Below are positions 50,021 to 62,580 of a stretch of 64,000 nt of DNA, piece after piece. The DNA is taken from assembly GCF_001194135.2 (NCBI RefSeq), contig NC_068986.1, forward strand, positions 5,302,460-5,366,459. Direction: 5' to 3'. The stretch is from Octopus bimaculoides (lineage: Eukaryota). Position numbers and translations under genes: made by a program. Each line of letters begins with the position of its first letter. The first letter of the stretch is position 1. The notes under the pieces were generated by a model. It saw only the letters and a program-made list of their open reading frames with translations, was not told the origin of the DNA and did not search any database.

Positions 50021-52908
50021 CTTCTATTGACATCCACCATTTTTTACTTCATCCCCAAACCTATTTTTTACCATTTCACACTACCTCTGCAACCCTGCAA
50101 CTTTTATCTACATACCCTTCCTGATCTGTCCTCTCACTCTCTTCTATTCCCTTGAGGGTATGCTCTGACACCTTATTGCCACCATATTTACCTCTCTTTC
50201 TGGCTGCACACCATCTACTTCCATCCACCTGTATATGACATAAAGTAGTCATGAATCACCTCTTCCACAACAAACCTGTTCCTGTCCCTTCTATCATATG
50301 TTGTGCCCTCAATAAAGCCTCCTCTTCACTACTATTCTCCCTTTCAGTTGAATAGGCTCTTTAGTCTTGTGACATGGTGATCTTACTTGTCCTGGGCCTT
50401 GAAAAAAGCACCCAGTACCCTCTATGAACTGTTGGTGTTAGAAAAGGCAACTAGCTGTAGAAACTGTTGAAGTAAGATATGGTCTTCTAACACATTGAAT
50501 CCTGTAGAACCATTCCACCCATGCCAGCATAGAAAGCTGATGTAAAATGATGATAGTGGTAGCAGAGATAATACGTACGTACATTTAGACATTTGATAGG
50601 TGACATGGTTACTGTGTTGAGGGGAGGGGGGCATCATTAACTTTTACCTGGCATGTTTTTTTTTTATTCATTGTTTGAAATAATTCCTACCATCATTTTA
50701 TCCAAAAATAAAACATTTTCTAACCAACAGTTTTTATTTTATTTTGCCTGCATTTTCTTTTTTTTTATTATTATTATTATAAAGGATGTTTTTAAAATGA
50801 AATACCTTGAATTTATGAATTTGTAGATACCAAAATTACTTCGTTTATATTTTCATTGTATAATTTCCGATGTTTATGTTGTACATTGTCATGTATTAGA
50901 TGTTTAAATATTTGAGACAAGCCATTGTTATCTAGAGTGCATATTTACATTTATCCTTAACTACATCACCATGCAGGTCAATCTGCTCTAGCAGAATGCT
51001 GTATTTGATATAAAATATCTTTCTCCCTCAGATGTATTTTGCTTGCTGCTGATTCAGTTATGATGATGTCATTTGATTAATTTATTGATTTGTTGCTTAA
51101 AGTAACTCACCAGACAACTGCTTTCAACCAACCACTAACCAATATTTGCTTTTAACACCATGTTACTTGTTTTTTTGACTAATAACAATCTGTATTAATT
51201 TTTGGTACCAAGCTTAGAATCTTTATTGTTGGAGCCCTGTTTTGACTACAAAAAAAAAAAAAAAAATTAATATGGATGAATTTCACTACCCCACCAGAGA
51301 GTACTGTGGTTTCTAAATTACTCCAAACCACTTTCTCTCAACCCATAACTATTTCTTTATCTTTTTCACACATACACTTCGAAATTATAGTTCAGTATGA
51401 TTTTTTTGATAAGTTATGAATGCCTGATGTTTTCTGAGTTATTGCCAAACAAGTTTTAATACATTTCATTTATCAGAACACAATTTCTTTGAGTGAACAT
51501 TTTAAGTATTTTCTGAACGTAACTGGTTAGTTTCTACAACCTTTGCATTAACCTAGTTAAATGTTATAAAGTATCTTAATCAAATAGATTTTGAAATTCG
51601 TTTCCATACTGGAACTATTTTCCTCCTCCTCCTCCTCCTCAGCCTCATCTGCCTCCATCTCATCATCATCATCATCACCGTCACCATCGTCACCCAGTCT
51701 GTTTGGTTGATGTGGCTGTGATCATTTTCGGTTAGGCATAATCTATTACAGCGTTTCTCAACCTTATCATTTTGGGTCCCCTGTTTCGATTGGAGTTCTG
51801 AGTTCAAATTCCGTTGAGATCGACTTTGCCTTTCATCCATTTCGGATCTATTCAATTAGACATACAGATTATTTAGTTAATTTTTTTAACCAAACACTTT
51901 CAAACTTCCGATACTGGTAGAATGTGTCACATAGAACAGGGTTTAGTCTTAACGTTTTGGACAAAATTTTGTATTTTAGAAGTTATTTTGTCAGAAGTTA
52001 CAGAGTGACAATGGACAAATTCATCTTTGATAAGTGCCAATACACGAAACTCTCAGCTTTTTACTTACTCTCTAACTTCTGCCGATGATATATATACATA
52101 TTACATATATGTGTAAAAAGATCTCATCACACAATTGAACCAATGAAAGAACCTCTACCTGGTCGCTCGACATGGTAAAAATAGCAGCCAAAGTATCCCC
52201 CTACCTAAATCACACACCCATTGTATGTAATGTCCTAGATTATCCCTAAAAAGACGGTTTACTAAAGACTGGAATGTCTTTGACGATAGGTTTGCAGTAT
52301 CAGGGTTGATTTGAGCCTAAATAACAACATTATGGTCAATTTCTATATTAACATCCGCACGATTTTCACTAAGAAAAAAAAATTTGATTTTGCATGGAAT
52401 CAAGTACCCTGACCTCCTAATATGCTGCAAATCCCTTATTTTGGTTCGGAAAAAATTAGAGGGCCCCTCCCCAATCCTGGAATCATTGGAAATTTTTTTT
52501 TTCGTTGAATGAATTCCTGTGACCTCCTAATATTGCAAAATTAGGTTACTTAAGGTGAGCCTGGTAACTGATGGTTTTGGGGTCTTGTTTGTAACTTTTG
52601 GTGAGTCATGGTGCAACCAACTACATGGTAAAAATCCCACCATTAATTTGGTATGGATGGGTAATATCAAATAATTCAATCACAACATATATTTACATTA
52701 AACATTAAAAAATTGAAATATTATCTTTCGGTATTTTATAAGCTAAAATCTTAAATTATTAATTGACACATTATTAATTATAGCAGCAATGCTTGGAAAA
52801 ATCATACAAACCATACCAGCATGAAAAATCAGATATTAAATGATAATGATGATGTTGATGATTATGATGATGATGATGATCTATGTATGTATTTCTGTTA
52901 TGTTACAG

Positions 52909-53068
52909 CGTGCAGTTGGAGCTGTCATTGTTGATCCAGCCTCTGATGCAGCCATTGCTGCAGCTTATGATTTGCGTTGCCAATCTGGTCATTTCCTGAA
53001 ACATGCTGTCATGTTGTGTGTAGATTTAGTTGCTCGTTCTCAAGGAGGGGGAATTTGGAAGCCACAAG
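52909..53068 (+). CDS. ADAT3: ADAT3 coding exon 6 (deaminase fold, HAV motif)
   Basis: Acceptor tgttacag|. Reads [12 protein letters not shown]...[19 protein letters not shown], with HAV in place of catalytic HAE. Phase-1 donor G|GTGATA. Confidence 0.95.
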
Positions 53069-53661
53069 GTGATACATCCTTATTTAACTTCCATTTTACT
53101 TATATTATGTTTTTCTGTTTCACTATTACTATTTTTTTTACATGAATTCAGCTAACATCATGATATTATATACTAACCTCAACCGTCATAGGATTACAAT
53201 TAATAATTCAGTCATTCACAAAGTAGTATTTCTTTTTTTTTTTTTTTAATATTTGAATTGCATTTCTGTGAGGGATACCTGAAAAAAAAATGGTAAAAAT
53301 CTATAATATTATTCTGTTTGTTATGATTCCTTTGAGTGTTATGCTTTTAGCAATCTTTATAAGAAACAAAATCAACAACATAACTGAAATATTTAACACA
53401 GTGAAGCAAGTTTTCAGTGTTACGCTTTTAACAACTTTAACTATGCAATGAAACCAAAGACACTATCAAAATCATACACATAACAAAACAATGTCTATAA
53501 AGATCTATTTCTAGTAAATACGAATACACTACCAATTTTTCTGGCAACTGATGATGTGGTACATCTTTTAGAATGAATATAATAATCCTTTCTACTATAG
53601 GCACAAGGTCTGAAATTTAGGGAAGGGGGCCAGTCGATTAGATTGACCTCAGTACTCAACT

Positions 53662-54098
53662 GTCTGGCAACAGGACTCTGCACCATGCCACGCAAGCAGG
53701 AGAACCAAGTCATGGTTGTCAGATAATCTCTGCGACCACATCACTCCTAACATCTGGCCACCTAACTCCCCAGACTGCAATCCCTTGATTATTATGTGTG
53801 GGGCACAGTTGAGTGAGAGACCAACAAAAATCCTTGTAACACCAAAGATGAACTGCAGGCAAGGATTATGACAACATTCATCAACTTAAACAAGGAGACT
53901 GTCTAGACGGGCTGCAGGAGATTCCGAAGTCGTCTGGAGGCCATGGTTGAAGCCAATGGCAGTTTTATTGAATAAATTTACTCTTTAGTATTTGAAGATA
54001 TTTTTATGTAATTTTGGTAAATATATCTTAAAATGAGATGTCAGTGTTATTTTTATTTTTGTGTAATTTAGACGGCAATTTATTCACTGCACCCTGTA
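53662..54098 (+). mobile_element. Tc1/mariner DD37D (maT-like) transposase 3' remnant with right terminus
   Basis: Reads VWQQDSAPCHASRRT...IWPPNSPDCNP, then after a 1-nt frameshift LDYYVWG...RRFRSRLEAMVEANG. There are 37 residues between the 2nd and 3rd Asp. Ends ...gcaccctgTA. Confidence 0.8.
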
Positions 54099-54103
54099 CA
54101 TGC

Positions 54104-54135
<32 letters not shown>

Positions 54136-54326
54136 ATATATATATANNNNNNNNNNNNNNNNNNNNNNNNNNNNNNNNNNNNNNNNNNNNNNNNNNNNNN
54201 NNNNNNNNNNNNNNNNNNNNNNNNNNNNNNNNNNNNNNNNNNNNNNNNNNNNNNNNNNNNNNNNNNNNNNNNNNNNNNNNNNNNNNNNNNNNNNNNNNNN
54301 NNNNNNNNNNNNNNNNNNNNNNNNNC

Positions 54327-54650
54327 TAGTACTTATTCTATCAGTCTCTTTTGCCGACCTGCTAAGTTACAGGGACGTAAACACACCAGCATCGGTTGTC
54401 AAGCAATGTTGCGGGGTCAAACACAGACACATAAACATATACACACACACATACACATATATATATATATATATACATATATATGATGGGCTTCTTTCAG
54501 TTTCCGTCTACCAAATCCACTCACGAGGCTTTGGTCAGCCTGAGGCTATAGTAGAAGACACTTGCCCAAGGTGCCATGCAGTGGGACTGAACCTGGAACC
54601 ATGTGGTTCGTAAGCAAGCTACTTACCACACAGCCACTCCTACGCCTTTG
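54327..54650 (-). mobile_element. tRNA-type SINE, family B with internal (TA)n (representative copy)
   Basis: Minus strand reads gtgtggtaagtagcttgct...ggttcagtcccactgc...ccttgggcaagtgtcttctactatagcc...gaaagaagccc(at)n...gtttacgtccctgtaacttagc. Related pieces at ~15230-15430, 24545-24710, 35035-35150, 44810-44990, 47615-47745 and 61440-61680. Confidence 0.75.
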
Positions 54651-54672
54651 TTACTCATTTTCATACATACAT

Positions 54673-54705
<33 letters not shown>

Positions 54706-55685
54706 CACACATACTGAACTGTTCAGAAATTTACAGTTATTCAACCTGAATTACAAGTTCAGATTTATACCTATAATTATTGGGGTACTTGGATGTCTAA
54801 CAAACTGCCTAAGTACCAATCTTGAGAAATTAGTCTTCTCAAAACTAGAAAGGAGAAAGCTAATTAGAAAATTGCAGATACAAGCCATCAGTGGAAGTAT
54901 CAAAATCTGTAAAACTTTCCAAAAGTTTAGCAATTAAGTATATGTGAGCATGTCTAGACACGCAAGTATATGCATAAGGATACATACATATAGCAAAACA
55001 TATACATATGCACTTACACTGACTTCAATATTGCACATATACACACAGAAATGCACAAATACCTTGTTGATGTTTAAAAATCCAGTGAAGGAGTCTTGGA
55101 TTTCAGTTAGAAACTGGCTCTTTTTCTTCTGGCAAGAAATCTAGAAATAAAGCCGAATAGTAACAGACAGATCTCCATGGATATTTGTAGAAGTCTATTT
55201 TCTGTACATTCTTAGTGTTTATTGTACCTGCATAATGCTTTTGGGTCGATATGTCTTGGGTGAATAAAGCAAATATTGTTCTATAATGGAGTCAATTTAG
55301 TCAACTAGTCTCTCTTCTTTTATTAATTCAAATAAAAAAACATTGACTGGAATAAGTACATTGGCCTAAATTTCTTACAATATTTATGTTAGTCTATATT
55401 CTGTAAACAAATACCGCTTGCGTTTTCATTGCCTTTCACCCCTCTGGAGTAGTTAAAAGATTATAAAGCCTGATTGATTGACCCTACTCCTCCTTTACAA
55501 AAATTGTGTTTGTGTTTCTTTAAGATATCATTATTAAATCTATCACTTTATCATTTCAATTCTGTTGTGCTACAGTCATGTTTCATATTCTTGGATTTAT
55601 TCTGCCATGTTCCTGGCAGTAAAATCTAGTTTATGTGTTGAAAAATATTTACTTTCTTATAAATTAATTACCAATTTATTTTCAG

Positions 55686-55800
55686 GTTCAATGGAATATT
55701 TAGCAATCTCGGATGTAACAGGAGATAACACAAAGACAGATTCTCAGCCATATCTGTGCACAGGTTATGATCTTTATGTTACCCAAGAACCTTGTATTAT
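55686..55800 (+). CDS. ADAT3: ADAT3 coding exon 7 (gene continues; last exon(s) not seen)
   Basis: Acceptor attttcag|. Reads ...PYLCTGYDLYVTQEPCI, with phase-2 donor AT|GTAGGT splitting the PCxMC zinc motif. Exons 1-7 total 794 nt in one open frame. Confidence 0.95.
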
Positions 55801-55913
55801 GTAGGTTGATATCTTATAATATATCTATGTGTGTATGTGTGTGTGTGTGTGCATATATATATCTATATTATATATATATATGCATGTATGCATATGTTAA
55901 TGCAATATGTATG

Positions 55914-55956
<43 letters not shown>

Positions 55957-56552
55957 ACAATATCAATAATAAGGATTGCTATGAAGTTGCAGAGCATTAC
56001 CTTTAATTCTTTAATTTATATACATCTTTACATAGACCAACACGTTTCAGCTGCACCCATTAGTAATCGTTGCAATTGCAACACTACTGTAAAACTGTTG
56101 GAGATTTTTCAAGGTCTTTACTTGATATCTGTCAATTTGACCATTTAAAGATTTTCTTTTATGTACTCTGCATTGTATGAAGTAGAGCTGTCCATTAAGT
56201 TAGATATGAACAATCTTCATTTCAAGTTTTTATTGGATAATCATTTATAGTCCATTATTTCAAAACCTTCTATTTTTTAAATGATTATTATTCATTTATA
56301 CTTGGCAAATGTGAATTTCCTCATATGCATCCATTTCAATGCTTGTCCCTGTCTAGAATGAGTGAGAGGAGGGGAGAGGAGGGGAGAGTTAAAGGACTCT
56401 ATACAGGTAGCAAATACGGAGAGAGTACTTCCCATAAGCAAAGGAAAAGAAAGATAGGTGACTGAATATGTGTATTGAACGTACACAAAATAAAATTACA
56501 TATACATGCGTATACAAAAGTGTATATTAGCATAAATACACATATAAGATCA

Positions 56553-56845
56553 CATCATCATCATCATCATCATCGTTTAACGTCCGCTTTCCATGCTAGC
56601 ATGGGTTGGACGATTTGACTGAGGACTGGTGAAACCGGATGGCAACACCAGGCTCCAATCTAATTTGGCAGAGTTTCTACAGCTGGATGCCCTTCCTAAT
56701 GCCAACCACTCCAAGAGTGTAGTGGGTGCTTTTACGTGTCACCCGCACGAAGGCCAGTCAGGCGATACTGGCAATGGCCACGCTCGAAATGGTGTCTTTT
56801 ATGTGCCACCCGCACAAACCAGTCCAGGGTCCCTGGCAACGATCT
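56553..56845 (-). mobile_element. 5'-truncated RTE 3' tail, young subfamily
   Basis: Near-identical to the copies at 20530 and 59010. Confidence 0.85.
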
Positions 56846-57299
56846 CGCTCATATAAATATATGGAAACATGTATGTAAATGCACACCCACACAAATATAA
56901 GTGAATACATGCATACATATACATCCATGTATATATGTGCACAAGCATAAACGCTTACTAACACATATACACTGAAGCATACATATGCATGCCAACAATA
57001 CAAATATCCACATAAAAACATATCTAGGTCCTGACGTATATATACAAACAACATTAAAAAAAAAATTGCTGAGTGCATAATAAAATTTGTATAAAAGACA
57101 TGCAAAATAGAATATCCTATATTGAATTATCTATACATAAAATGATTAAAATGGGTTTATAAAATACAATAAAATGAAATAAAATAAAATAATAATAGAA
57201 TCTTAAACAAGAAAATAATATTTGCATATAACAGTCGAAGGTTTTTCTTAAGAAATATGTCAAAACATATACAATAACTTTGCAATGCGAAATAAATCA

Positions 57300-58232
57300 T
57301 GTATTATAAGAAACAAATCCAACAGTGTGATTAAAAACTAGTCCAAGAATCAAAAAATATATACACTATCCATATGGTATATTGTTAGCCGACATTTTAA
57401 ATTTAGTTGTGTGTCTGCAGGAATTCAAGAGTTTGTCTCTTTGATTTAAAGAGTTATTGTCCTGGAATAAAATAAAATATTTTTCCAGCAAGCATAAATC
57501 ACATTTGATGGCTCTTTTATGAGCACCATGCCTGTAAGGTGCAGCTCTATCTAAAATACTCCATGTCATGTTGAAAGGTCAGGCTTCTTTTTCTTTTAAA
57601 TTTCCAGACATATTTTGCCAGGCTGGTCTTCGTCCTATTTTCGGGGTATCTGAAGGAATTTCTATGCAAATAAAATCGGGTTTTAAAAGAAGTTTCAGAA
57701 GCCCCTGTATAAGTTCTATATTCGTGTGAGCTTTCTATCTGCACCTTGGCTCTATACACAATTCCTTTCTCCAGATATTTTCCTTCCAACAGACAGGAAG
57801 TCCCATCTTTGCAATTGCAATTTTTAAGAAGAGAATCGGCACTATGATTATTTTCAATTATCCTATTGCTGTGTTGGTTAATGAAAGAGGCGAAGTTTTT
57901 GCAGTAAGAATAGCTGATCTTAAGCGTTCTTCTATTAAATATTCTATAAAACTTATGGTCAGGTTGAAAATACCTAGAGACTAATTTTAAGAATTCCCTA
58001 CCTATATATGTTTTTACAGCCATATTGAAAGCTGGGTTAAACCACAAAACCTTCCTAGTCCTAGTTCTACGTGTAGCATTACTGCTAGCATTAAGTTGGT
58101 TATACTGGATCTTCTCAGAGAATCCACTATTCCTTAATGCGCTATTGTAATAAGGTGTGGCATTTTGGAATGCTGCCTCATCCGAAAAAATTGACGATAT
58201 TTGTCTACCTACATTACTGACTAGGTAACACC
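57300..58232 (-). mobile_element. Penelope-like element C-terminal part (CxC linker plus GIY-YIG), frameshifted
   Basis: ORF 57547-58047 reads WFNPAF...IFNRRTLKISYS...CNCKDGTSCLLEG...IVYRAKV...YTGASETSFKTRFYLHRNSF. ORF 57366-57569 reads WSILDRAAPY...CDLCLLEKYFI. Confidence 0.88.
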
Positions 58233-59009
58233 GGTCACATGGAGAGAGAGGAGAGAGGTAGAGGCAGAGGGATAGAAGACTTGTCCCATTTTTTTGTATT
58301 CCTTTTTATATACATATGGTCTCTTATATGTAAGTACATATATATATATATATATATATATCTAAATTTTGTACGACTCTCTTATTCTTTCATACTTTCT
58401 TTCTATCAGCCCCTTCACACTTACTTTGTTCTTTCCACTCTTCTTTCTTTTGTTCCCCCTCTTTCACGTTTCCTGGTTTTCTCTTTATTCTCACCTTCCC
58501 TCCTCTTTCACTTCACTCTTTCCCTATTCCTTTTTCGTGTCCCTCCCTATTCTATCCCTCTGCCTCTACCTCTCTCCTCTCTTTCCATGTGACTGGTGTT
58601 TGGCCAAACCTACCATCTGTGCAACATCTATATTCCTCCCCATGCCTGTCATCTCTTATGTCCCTGCCATAAGGCTTCACTTCCACACATGCCAGCTTGA
58701 TTTAATTCATCCTTAGTCGAAAGACACCTGTTGTTAATATCCTGTTATTTACATTTGTATTTGTGTACCATTTCTCCATTTTTTTCCGTCCTTGTTTTCA
58801 TGTACATTTGCTGCTTTCTTAGCTTAGTTTTTCGTTGGGGCTGGCCATATTGGAGCAATCTTGAGTATAACCAGCCAAAATTGCAAAGATAATCTGGAAC
58901 TCAACTGAGGAAAGCAAACTCCAAATTAGCTGTCCTTGTTTTTTCTTGTCCCTTTTTTGTATCATCTATCTGATGTTTTGTGTTCTTGTCCCATTATTTG
59001 TATTCCTTT

Positions 59010-59252
59010 CATCATCATCATCATCATCATCATCGTTTAACGTCCGCTTTCCATGCTAGCATGGGTTGGACGATTTGACTGAGGACTGGTGAAACCGGAT
59101 GGCAACACCAGGCTCCAGTCTGATTTGGCAGAGTTTCTACAGCTGGATGCCCTTCCTAACGCCAACCACTCAGAGAGTGTAGTGGGTGCTTTTACGTGTC
59201 ACCCGCACAAAAACGGCCACGCTCGAAATGGTGTCTTTTATGTGCCACCCGC
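59010..59252 (-). mobile_element. 5'-truncated RTE 3' tail, young subfamily
   Basis: Two differences from the 20530 copy over ~180 nt; runs into an N gap. Confidence 0.85.
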
Positions 59253-60114
59253 NNNNNNNNNNNNNNNNNNNNNNNNNNNNNNNNNNNNNNNNNNNNNNNN
59301 NNNNNNNNNNNNNNNNNNNNNNNNNNNNNNNNNNNNNNNNNNNNNNNNNNNNNNNNNNNNNNNNNNNNNNNNNNNNNNNNNNNNNNNNNNNNNNNNNNNN
59401 NNNNNNNNNNNNNNNNNNNNNNNNNNNNNNNNNNNNNNNNNNNNNNNNNNNNNNNNNNNNNNNNNNNNNNNNNNNNNNNNNNNNNNNNNNNNNNNNNNNN
59501 NNNNNNNNNNNNNNNNNNNNNNNNNNNNNNNNNNNNNNNNNNNNNNNNNNNNNNNNNNNNNNNNNNNNNNNNNNNNNNNNNNNNNNNNNNNNNNNNNNNN
59601 NNNNNNNNNNNNNNNNNNNNNNNNNNNNNNNNNNNNNNNNNNNNNNNNNNNNNNNNNNNNNNNNNNNNNNNNNNNNNNNNNNNNNNNNNNNNNNNNNNNN
59701 NNNNNNNNNNNNNNNNNNNNNNNNNNNNNNNNNNNNNNNNNNNNNNNNNNNNNNNNNNNNNNNNNNNNNNNNNNNNNNNNNNNNNNNNNNNNNNNNNNNN
59801 NNNNNNNNNNNNNNNNNNNNNNNNNNNNNNNNNNNNNNNNNNNNNNNNNNNNNNNNNNNNNNNNNNNNNNNNNNNNNNNNNNNNNNNNNNNNNNNNNNNN
59901 NNNNNNNNNNNNNNNNNNNNNNNNNNNNNNNNNNNNNNNNNNNNNNNNNNNNNNNNNNNNNNNNNNNNNNNNNNNNNNNNNNNNNNNNNNNNNNNNNNNN
60001 NNNNNNNNNNNNNNNNNNNNNNNNNNNNNNNNNNNNNNNNNNNNNNNNNNNNNNNNNNNNNNNNNNNNNNNNNNNNNNNNNNNNNNNNNNNNNNNNNNNN
60101 NNNNNNNNNNNNNN

Positions 60115-60147
<33 letters not shown>

Positions 60148-61360
60148 GTGTGTGTGTGTATACATATACATATATATGTGTGTGTGTATATTTATATGAA
60201 TATCAAAGGTTAGTTCAGTTAGAGGTTAAAATAACCATCTAAGGGATAGGAGTATCCATTACACTACCGGTATATTACCTATATTTAACCATGGACGTAC
60301 ATATACAAACATATTATGTTCATAAGTTATAGTTAAAGACAAGGATAAACATGGGTTTATCAAGAATCAAAATTTAAAGAAAACAGAAAATGGAGAAGTA
60401 CTGATGAACAACAATTGGTTTACATCAATTATTATTTATTAATTCAATGCAAATAGACTGCATCCCATCTAACAGCTGTTTCTGCTTTCAATGTTATATG
60501 GTATTGCCATTGATATTCAAAATATGTAAAAATATTAATCATACTTGGTAATAAAACTGATCTGAAACAAGGAGCTTCATCAGAGTGAAGAATTAATAGA
60601 GAAGAAAAAGGGTGAAGTTGAATATGGTTGTAATCTTACCATTTTACTTCTCTGTACTCTTCTTCTCTATTAATTCTCTACAAATATGTAGAGAGACACA
60701 GACAGATGTGGAGATTAATATACTAACAAAATAGTGGCATAAACTGATAAAACTAAATGTACAAGAGAAACTATTAACGTGCGTGTGTGTGTGTATATAC
60801 ACACATCCACACACACATATACTTATATATTAATGAATTCTTTTGTGTATGCCTATGTTTGTTTTCTGTGCTCTGTTTACATTCTGTTTTTCATTTTGTT
60901 CACGTTTTTTTGTGACGTCCTGTACCCAGATATACATCTATATATACATGTAGATGTAGGTATGTACATACATGTACATATATACTTACATATTATTTGT
61001 ATTATTATATATATACATATATGCATACACACACACACACACACACATATAAAATAGGTGCTGGTTCATATATATATGTGTAGGAGTGAGTGCTCTAGTT
61101 TTCTGCCTTGAAGAAATTATTTTGTCTCTATTTATAACTTTTATTTTATCTGAGCCATTATGATTTTCCTTCCTTGTCAGTTTGTTGCAGCAGTCTTAAT
61201 TTCAACACATGTGTAGATCTATGGTTGTTTCTTAATTTACTCCTCCCTCCTCTACATTTGTCTTCCAACTCTAACGTGTCTAAACATAATATTGCATAAC
61301 GCTTGATTCTATATAGTCATACAGACATAATTATTTTCTTGTGTGCATGTGTGAGAGAGT

Positions 61361-61395
<35 letters not shown>

Positions 61396-62531
61396 GTGCA
61401 AGCATGGAAAAGTGCATGTTAAAATGGTGCTGCTGACTGATATACATATATACCCTTTTACTCTTTTGTTTGTTTCAGTCATTTGACTGCAGCCATGTTG
61501 GAGCACTGTCTTTAGTTGAATAAATTGTCCCCAGGACTTATTCTTTGTAAGCCTAGCATTCTATCGGTCTCTTTTGCTGAACCACTAAGTTACAGGGATG
61601 TAAACACACCAGCATCGGTTGTCAAGCAATGGTGGGGGGACAGAACACACACAAACATATATATATATATATATATATATNNNNNNNNNNNNNNNNNNNN
61701 NNNNNNNNNNNNNNNNNNNNNNNNNNNNNNNNNNNNNNNNNNNNNNNNNNNNNNNNNNNNNNNNNNNNNNNNNNNNNNNNNNNNNNNNNNNNNNNNNNNN
61801 NNNNNNNNNNNNNNNNNNNNNNNNNNNNNNNNNNNNNNNNNNNNNNNNNNNNNNNNNNNNNNNNNNNNNNNNNNNNNNNNNNNNNNNNNNNNNNNNNNNN
61901 NNNNNNNNNNNNNNNNNNNNNNNNNNNNNNNNNNNNNNNNNNNNNNNNNNNNNNNNNNNNNNNNNNNNNNNNNNNNNNNNNNNNNNNNNNNNNNNNNNNN
62001 NNNNNNNNNNNNNNNNNNNNNNNNNNNNNNNNNNNNNNNNNNNNNNNNNNNNNNNNNNNNNNNNNNNNNNNNNNNNNNNNNNNNNNNNNNNNNNNNNNNN
62101 NNNNNNNNNNNNNNNNNNNNNNNNNNNNNNNNNNNNNNNNNNNNNNNNNNNNNNNNNNNNNNNNNNNNNNNNNNNNNNNNNNNNNNNNNNNNNNNNNNNN
62201 NNNNNNNNNNNNNNNNNNNNNNNNNNNNNNNNNNNNNNNNNNNNNNNNNNNNNNNNNNNNNNNNNNNNNNNNNNNNNNNNNNNNNNNNNNNNNNNNNNNN
62301 NNNNNNNNNNNNNNNNNNNNNNNNNNNNNNNNNNNNNNNNNNNNNNNNNNNNNNNNNNNNNNNNNNNNNNNNNNNNNNNNNNNNNNNNNNNNNNNNNNNN
62401 NNNNNNNNNNNNNNNNNNNNNNNNNNNNNNNNNNNNNNNNNNNNNNNNNNNNNNNNNNNNNNNNNNNNNNNNNNNNNNNNNNNNNNNNNNNNNNNNNNNN
62501 NNNNNNNNNNNNNNNNNNNNNNNNNNNNNNN

Positions 62532-62580
<49 letters not shown>

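Noticed and set aside
52840-52908. Poly-Met in-frame extension of ADAT3 exon 6
   Set aside because: It is the (GAT/ATG)n tail of a retroelement in intron 5. The AG at 52907-52908 gives the in-phase join to exon 5.
58700-58920. Another hammerhead (gtcGAAAgacacc … caaCTGAGGAaag)
   Set aside because: Stems II and III and an NUH triplet could not be formed.
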